From the NCBI GenBank assembly GCA_043809245.1, contig JAZDDZ010000015.1, positions 1 to 18,244 on the forward strand: 18,244 bases of DNA, read 5' to 3'. The notes beneath the pieces are model-generated. The model saw only the letters and a list, made by a program, of their open reading frames with translations, was not told the origin of the DNA and did no database searches. A program made the position numbers and the translations under genes. The DNA is from Candidatus Iainarchaeum sp. (GTDB lineage: Archaea; Iainarchaeota; Iainarchaeia; Iainarchaeales; JAZDDZ01). Of the stretch, positions 15,107-18,244 are shown in pieces (position 1 is the stretch's first letter; each line of letters begins with the position of its first letter).

Positions 15107-16487
15107 CTTGCTCCCTTTCCAGCACTTCTTCTTGTGCGCCTGCTTCTTCCGCTTCATTTTTTGGCATTTTCTTCTCTGCAACTTCTTCCGCGCCTGATGG
15201 CGTTGCGCTTTTTTCCTTTTCCAGTGCCCTTCTTCCAATGTCTTTCCTGTAATGCGCGCCCTCGAATGAAATCAGCGCCACGGCCTTGTAGGCGTTCTCA
15301 ATTGATTGGGCGATTGTTGCGCCTGTTGCCGTCACTCCAAGCACTCTTCCGCCGTCAGTTAAAACCTTTCCGTCCTCTTTTTTTGTTCCCGCGTGGAATA
15401 CAACCGCTTCCTTTACCTCTTTCGCCTGCCCCAATCCCGAGATTTCTTTTCCTTTCGCGTATTCCCCTGGGTATCCGCCTGAAGCCATTACAACGCAAGT
15501 TGCCGCATCAGTTTTCCATTTCACTTCAACGTCCTTCAACTTTCCGTCAACGCACGCCTCCAGGATTGGAAGCAAATCCGATTCAAGCCTTGGAAGAATG
15601 ACCTGTGTTTCAGGGTCGCCGAACCTTGCGTTGAATTCAAGCACGCTGATTTTTTTTGTTTCCTCGTCAATCATTAAACCAGCGTAAAGCACTCCCTTGA
15701 ACGGCGTGCCCTCTTTATTCATTCCCTTTACCGCGCGCAGCATAATTGTCTTCATGACTTTTTCCTGCATTTCTTCGCTCACGATTGGCGCTGGGCTGTA
15801 AGCACCCATCCCCCCTGTGTTCGGCCCCTCGTCTTCATCGTTAACGCGCTTGTGGTCCTGTGATGCAACCATTGGCTTCACTGTTTCACCGTCACAGAAC
15901 GCGAGGAAAGAGGCTTCTTCTCCCTCCAGTAGATCCTCAACAATCACTTTTTCCCCGGCTGCCCCGAATGCCTTTTCATCCATTATCTCCCTAACAGCAT
16001 CAGCTGCATCTGCCTGAGTCCTGCACACAAACACTCCTTTTCCCGCTGCCAGGCCGTCGGCTTTCACAACACATTCCGCGAGATTTTCAATGTAGTCGAT
16101 TGCCTTGTCAGCGTTCCTGAATTCCTTGAATTTCGCGGTCGGAATCCCGTTTCTTCTCATGAATTCCTTTGCAAAAATCTTCGAGGATTCAAGCATTGCC
16201 GCGTGCCTGTTCGGCCCGAAAGCCTTTAGCTTTCTTTCAGAAAAAAAATCCACTATTCCCTTGGATAAAGGCACTTCAGGCCCAACAACAGTTAGCCCTA
16301 CATTTTTTTCTTCCGCGAAATTCGCAAGCGCCTCAAAGTCATCCGCGTTTATGTTAACGCATTCCGCTAACTCGCTTATTCCCGCGTTTCCCGGAGCGCA
16401 AAAAAGCCTCTCAACCAATGGGCTTTGCTTGAGCTTCCACACAATCGCGTGCTCCCTTCCACCCGAACCAATTACAAGGACATTCAT
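15072..16487 (-). CDS. purD: Phosphoribosylamine--glycine ligase with acidic C-terminal extension
   Basis: VLVIGSGGREHA, APGNAG, VVKADGLAAGKGV, GPNTGGMGAYSP, EFNARFGDPE and HYRKDIG motifs. Confidence 0.98.
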   Translation of the reverse strand: MNVLVIGSGGREHAIVWKLKQSPLVERLFCAPGNAGISELAECVNINADDFEALANFAEEKNVGLTVVGPEVPLSKGIVDFFSERKLKAFGPNRHAAMLESSKIFAKEFMRRNGIPTAKFKEFRNADKAIDYIENLAECVVKADGLAAGKGVFVCRTQADAADAVREIMDEKAFGAAGEKVIVEDLLEGEEASFLAFCDGETVKPMVASQDHKRVNDEDEGPNTGGMGAYSPAPIVSEEMQEKVMKTIMLRAVKGMNKEGTPFKGVLYAGLMIDEETKKISVLEFNARFGDPETQVILPRLESDLLPILEACVDGKLKDVEVKWKTDAATCVVMASGGYPGEYAKGKEISGLGQAKEVKEAVVFHAGTKKEDGKVLTDGGRVLGVTATGATIAQSIENAYKAVALISFEGAHYRKDIGRRALEKEKSATPSGAEEVAEKKMPKNEAEEAGAQEEVLEREQDGQETTGPETV

Positions 16488-16540
16488 TCTAACACCGTGA
16501 AAAGAAAAAGGATGTGAAAACTATTTAAGGAGGTGCCCTG

Positions 16541-17179
16541 CTAAAAGTTAATTTTTTTCTCATTTCTCAGCCTTTCAAGAGCATGGAACCTTGCAGCATC
16601 CTGGCTTTCTCCCCTTGCCTGGAATTCATTGCGGTAGCTGTCATACAAAGGGGCAACCCCCGCTGCCTTAAGCATAGGCAAAATTGTATACCAATCAATT
16701 TCAGGCAGTTTTTCTTGCCCTGGTTTGGCTGCCTTTTTTCCATGCCTGTCCTTTTTTCTCGGCTGCCTTTTGATTTTTTCCCAGAAGTTGATGAAAGCCT
16801 CCACGTCTTCCTTTCGGTATAGCCACCTGCTTTGCGGGTTATCGGGAAATTCTTTTACTGCGGGGATAACCCCTTTTCTTCTATACTCGGTTAATACATT
16901 CAAATGCATTCCAGTCTTGCGGCAAATTTTTCCGGCAATTGTATAGCCTTTCGGAACTTTTTTTCCCCTGGCTCTCTTCCAGCTGAGGTGGAATTTTACT
17001 GCTTCATCAACTGGAATCAGCCTTGTTTTTTGCGGTTTGGGATACCTCAAATCTAAAACAGACCTTATTTTTCCACGGGCTATCCTTCCATTAATCGTGC
17101 TTGGATTTGCGCCAGTAAGTTTGCTTAACTGTCTTACCGTAAAATACCAAGGCGGTGTAGGCAATTTCTTGAACGGCAT
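16541..17179 (-). CDS. Tandem MerR/excisionase-like HTH DNA-binding protein
   Basis: Two repeats: FTVRQLSKLTGANPSTINGRIARGKI and YTIAGKICRKTGMHLNVLTEYRRKGVIPA...RWLYRKEDV. The C-terminal region is unknown. Confidence 0.7.
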   Translation of the reverse strand: MPFKKLPTPPWYFTVRQLSKLTGANPSTINGRIARGKIRSVLDLRYPKPQKTRLIPVDEAVKFHLSWKRARGKKVPKGYTIAGKICRKTGMHLNVLTEYRRKGVIPAVKEFPDNPQSRWLYRKEDVEAFINFWEKIKRQPRKKDRHGKKAAKPGQEKLPEIDWYTILPMLKAAGVAPLYDSYRNEFQARGESQDAARFHALERLRNEKKINF

Positions 17180-17187
17180 AAAAAATA

Positions 17188-17209
17188 ATTAGCTTTAAAA
17201 GTATTTATT
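17188..17209 (-). promoter_or_regulatory. Putative promoter AATAAATA-N8-GCTAAT of the HTH gene
   Basis: Same two elements as upstream of the kinase gene. Box lies 23-30 nt upstream of the ATG. Confidence 0.5.
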
Positions 17210-17240
17210 ACTTGCTTGTATGCCTTTTTGCAATTTTTTT

Positions 17241-18068
17241 CTACTGTGCTTTAGCCTTCCCTTTAACAGGAATCTCCACATCAAATTCAGTGCCTTTTCC
17301 TAACTCGCTTTTAACGCTTAACCTTCCCCTGTGCGCCTTCACGATTTCCCTTACATTGTTTAAACCAATGCCCCGATTGCCTGTTTTGCTTGTAAATGAA
17401 GTGTCTTCGGTTAATTTTTGCCTTACTTTCCGCAGCTGCTCTGCTGTCATTCCCCTGCCGTTGTCTGAAACCGTTAAATGCAGGCCGTTACCCTCAAGCC
17501 TTAAATTAACGCCCACGACGCCAAGCATTCTTAACTCCTTGCCATACTCCATTGCATCAAATGCGTTTGTAAGAAGATTTGTTGCTACCCTTAAAAGCCC
17601 GATGTCATCTGCAAAAATCTTTGTGTTCCTGTTCCGGAAGTTAATATTGGAAGAAAATGTAACGGCTTTTCCAAACTCTGCGGAGGAATTTATCTCAACA
17701 AGTCTTTTTATTGAAGCCGCTAGATTGGAAAAAGAAATAACTGCAGGCAAAAATTCAATGCCTTTTTTATGGCGTTCAATAATCCTCTTTGTGTAAGTGC
17801 TAAGGAATCCCGCGTTTTCAATTGCTCTAAAAATTTTTTTAGGTTCACCCCCCCGCCTTTCTAACGTGCTAATATGGCCGCGTAATTCCGTAATGGGGCG
17901 TCTAACGTCATGCTTTAAAACCCGACTAAAACCAACCGCCAGATGTTCTGTTGCTGCAAGTTTACTTAATGCATCGCTAGCCAAGGGCTTAATCAGTTTT
18001 CCTATTGATTTTTTTGAGAGAAATCCGTGCTTTGCCAGCAGAATCCTTGTGCGGGAAAATTTGGGCAT
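17241..18068 (-). CDS. Cytoplasmic histidine kinase (HisKA + HATPase_c) without a sensor domain
   Basis: H-box LKHDVRRPI, N-box ATNLLTNAFDA, G1 VSDNGRGM, G2 RGIGL, and SELGKGTEF. Confidence 0.9.
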   Translation of the reverse strand: MPKFSRTRILLAKHGFLSKKSIGKLIKPLASDALSKLAATEHLAVGFSRVLKHDVRRPITELRGHISTLERRGGEPKKIFRAIENAGFLSTYTKRIIERHKKGIEFLPAVISFSNLAASIKRLVEINSSAEFGKAVTFSSNINFRNRNTKIFADDIGLLRVATNLLTNAFDAMEYGKELRMLGVVGVNLRLEGNGLHLTVSDNGRGMTAEQLRKVRQKLTEDTSFTSKTGNRGIGLNNVREIVKAHRGRLSVKSELGKGTEFDVEIPVKGKAKAQ

Positions 18069-18078
18069 GGTGAAACAT

Positions 18079-18101
18079 ATTAGCTGCAGGGGCTATTTAT
18101 T
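18079..18101 (-). promoter_or_regulatory. Putative promoter AATAAATA-N9-GCTAAT of the kinase gene
   Basis: Box lies 26-33 nt upstream of ATG 18068 and matches the element upstream of the HTH gene. Confidence 0.5.
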
Positions 18102-18106
18102 TCTAT

Positions 18107-18244
18107 CCCTCTTCTGCTGATTTAGGATAAAAATTGGTTGCCCAGTTATCGTTTTGGAGGCGATAAACATGGGCTACCGTAATTTATTGCCACTTAAAAG
18201 TTTATATGAGTTTCGTGGTTTTAAACCTAACTTTTCAGTTCTAT
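18107..18244 (+). mobile_element. ISL3-family insertion sequence, left end of a second copy
   Basis: CCCTCTTCTGCTGATTTAGGA (18107-18127) matches the reverse complement of the IRR at 120-140 at 17/21 positions. It is followed by GGAGG and an ORF open to the window end. Confidence 0.75.
18169..18244 (+). CDS. Probable ISL3 transposase N-terminus (partial)
   Basis: GGAGG SD at 18156-18160, then MGYRNLLPLKSLYEFRGFKPNFSVL..., open to the edge and just inside the IRL. Identity is inferred from position only. Confidence 0.6.
   Translation, partial: MGYRNLLPLKSLYEFRGFKPNFSVL

Noticed and set aside
15107-15238. Annotating the IMPase from 15238 with a 44-aa basic N-terminus
   Set aside because: This stretch lies inside the purD coding sequence, and family similarity starts at ATG 15106.
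16497-16520. GTGAAAA direct repeat upstream of purD
   Set aside because: Only two 7-mers in A-rich sequence, not found upstream of the glyA operon, so too weak to call an operator.
149-18120. Numerous antisense or alternate-frame ORFs in the track (e.g. 468-944, 3606-3932, 4721-5182, 5410-6219, 9636-10148, 15092-15601, 17212-17796, 17797-18120)
   Set aside because: They are shadows of well-supported genes and carry no recognisable motifs.
18093-18170. Minus-strand 25-aa ORF MFIASKTITGQPIFILNQQKRDRNK
   Set aside because: It crosses the IS left end and has no supporting motif. The plus-strand SD-led ORF explains the region better.
1-18244. Circular element or plasmid carrying a single IS
   Set aside because: There is no matching target duplication at the two junctions, no replication gene, and the content is mostly housekeeping.

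Overview
An 18.2 kb segment, most likely from an archaeon. This is inferred from TATA-like boxes about 25-30 nt before several apparently leaderless starts, archaeal-style VapBC and MNT-HEPN modules, and a COG1361-like surface protein; a DPANN lineage such as Iainarchaeota/Diapherotrites is my tentative guess. The window lies between two direct-orientation ends of an ISL3-family IS: a transposase C-terminus plus IRR at 1-140, and an IRL plus probable transposase N-terminus at 18107-18244. The ORF track misses both. The core is a bacterial-type folate-dependent one-carbon/purine locus: glyA-folD-purN-purH on +, and purD, an IMPase-family phosphatase and 5-formyl-THF cyclo-ligase on -. It also holds three toxin-antitoxin-type modules (a convergent RHH/PIN pair, MNT-HEPN with a coupled flavodoxin, AbrB-PIN) and tspO. 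A MacB-type ABC/surface-protein operon lies divergent from a membrane-tethered wHTH regulator, with six phased TGAAAC boxes at the shared promoter. Four stand-alone, very basic, atypical proteins complete the window: a SAM methyltransferase, a phosphoglycosyl transferase lacking its membrane helix, a tandem-HTH protein and a sensor-less histidine kinase.
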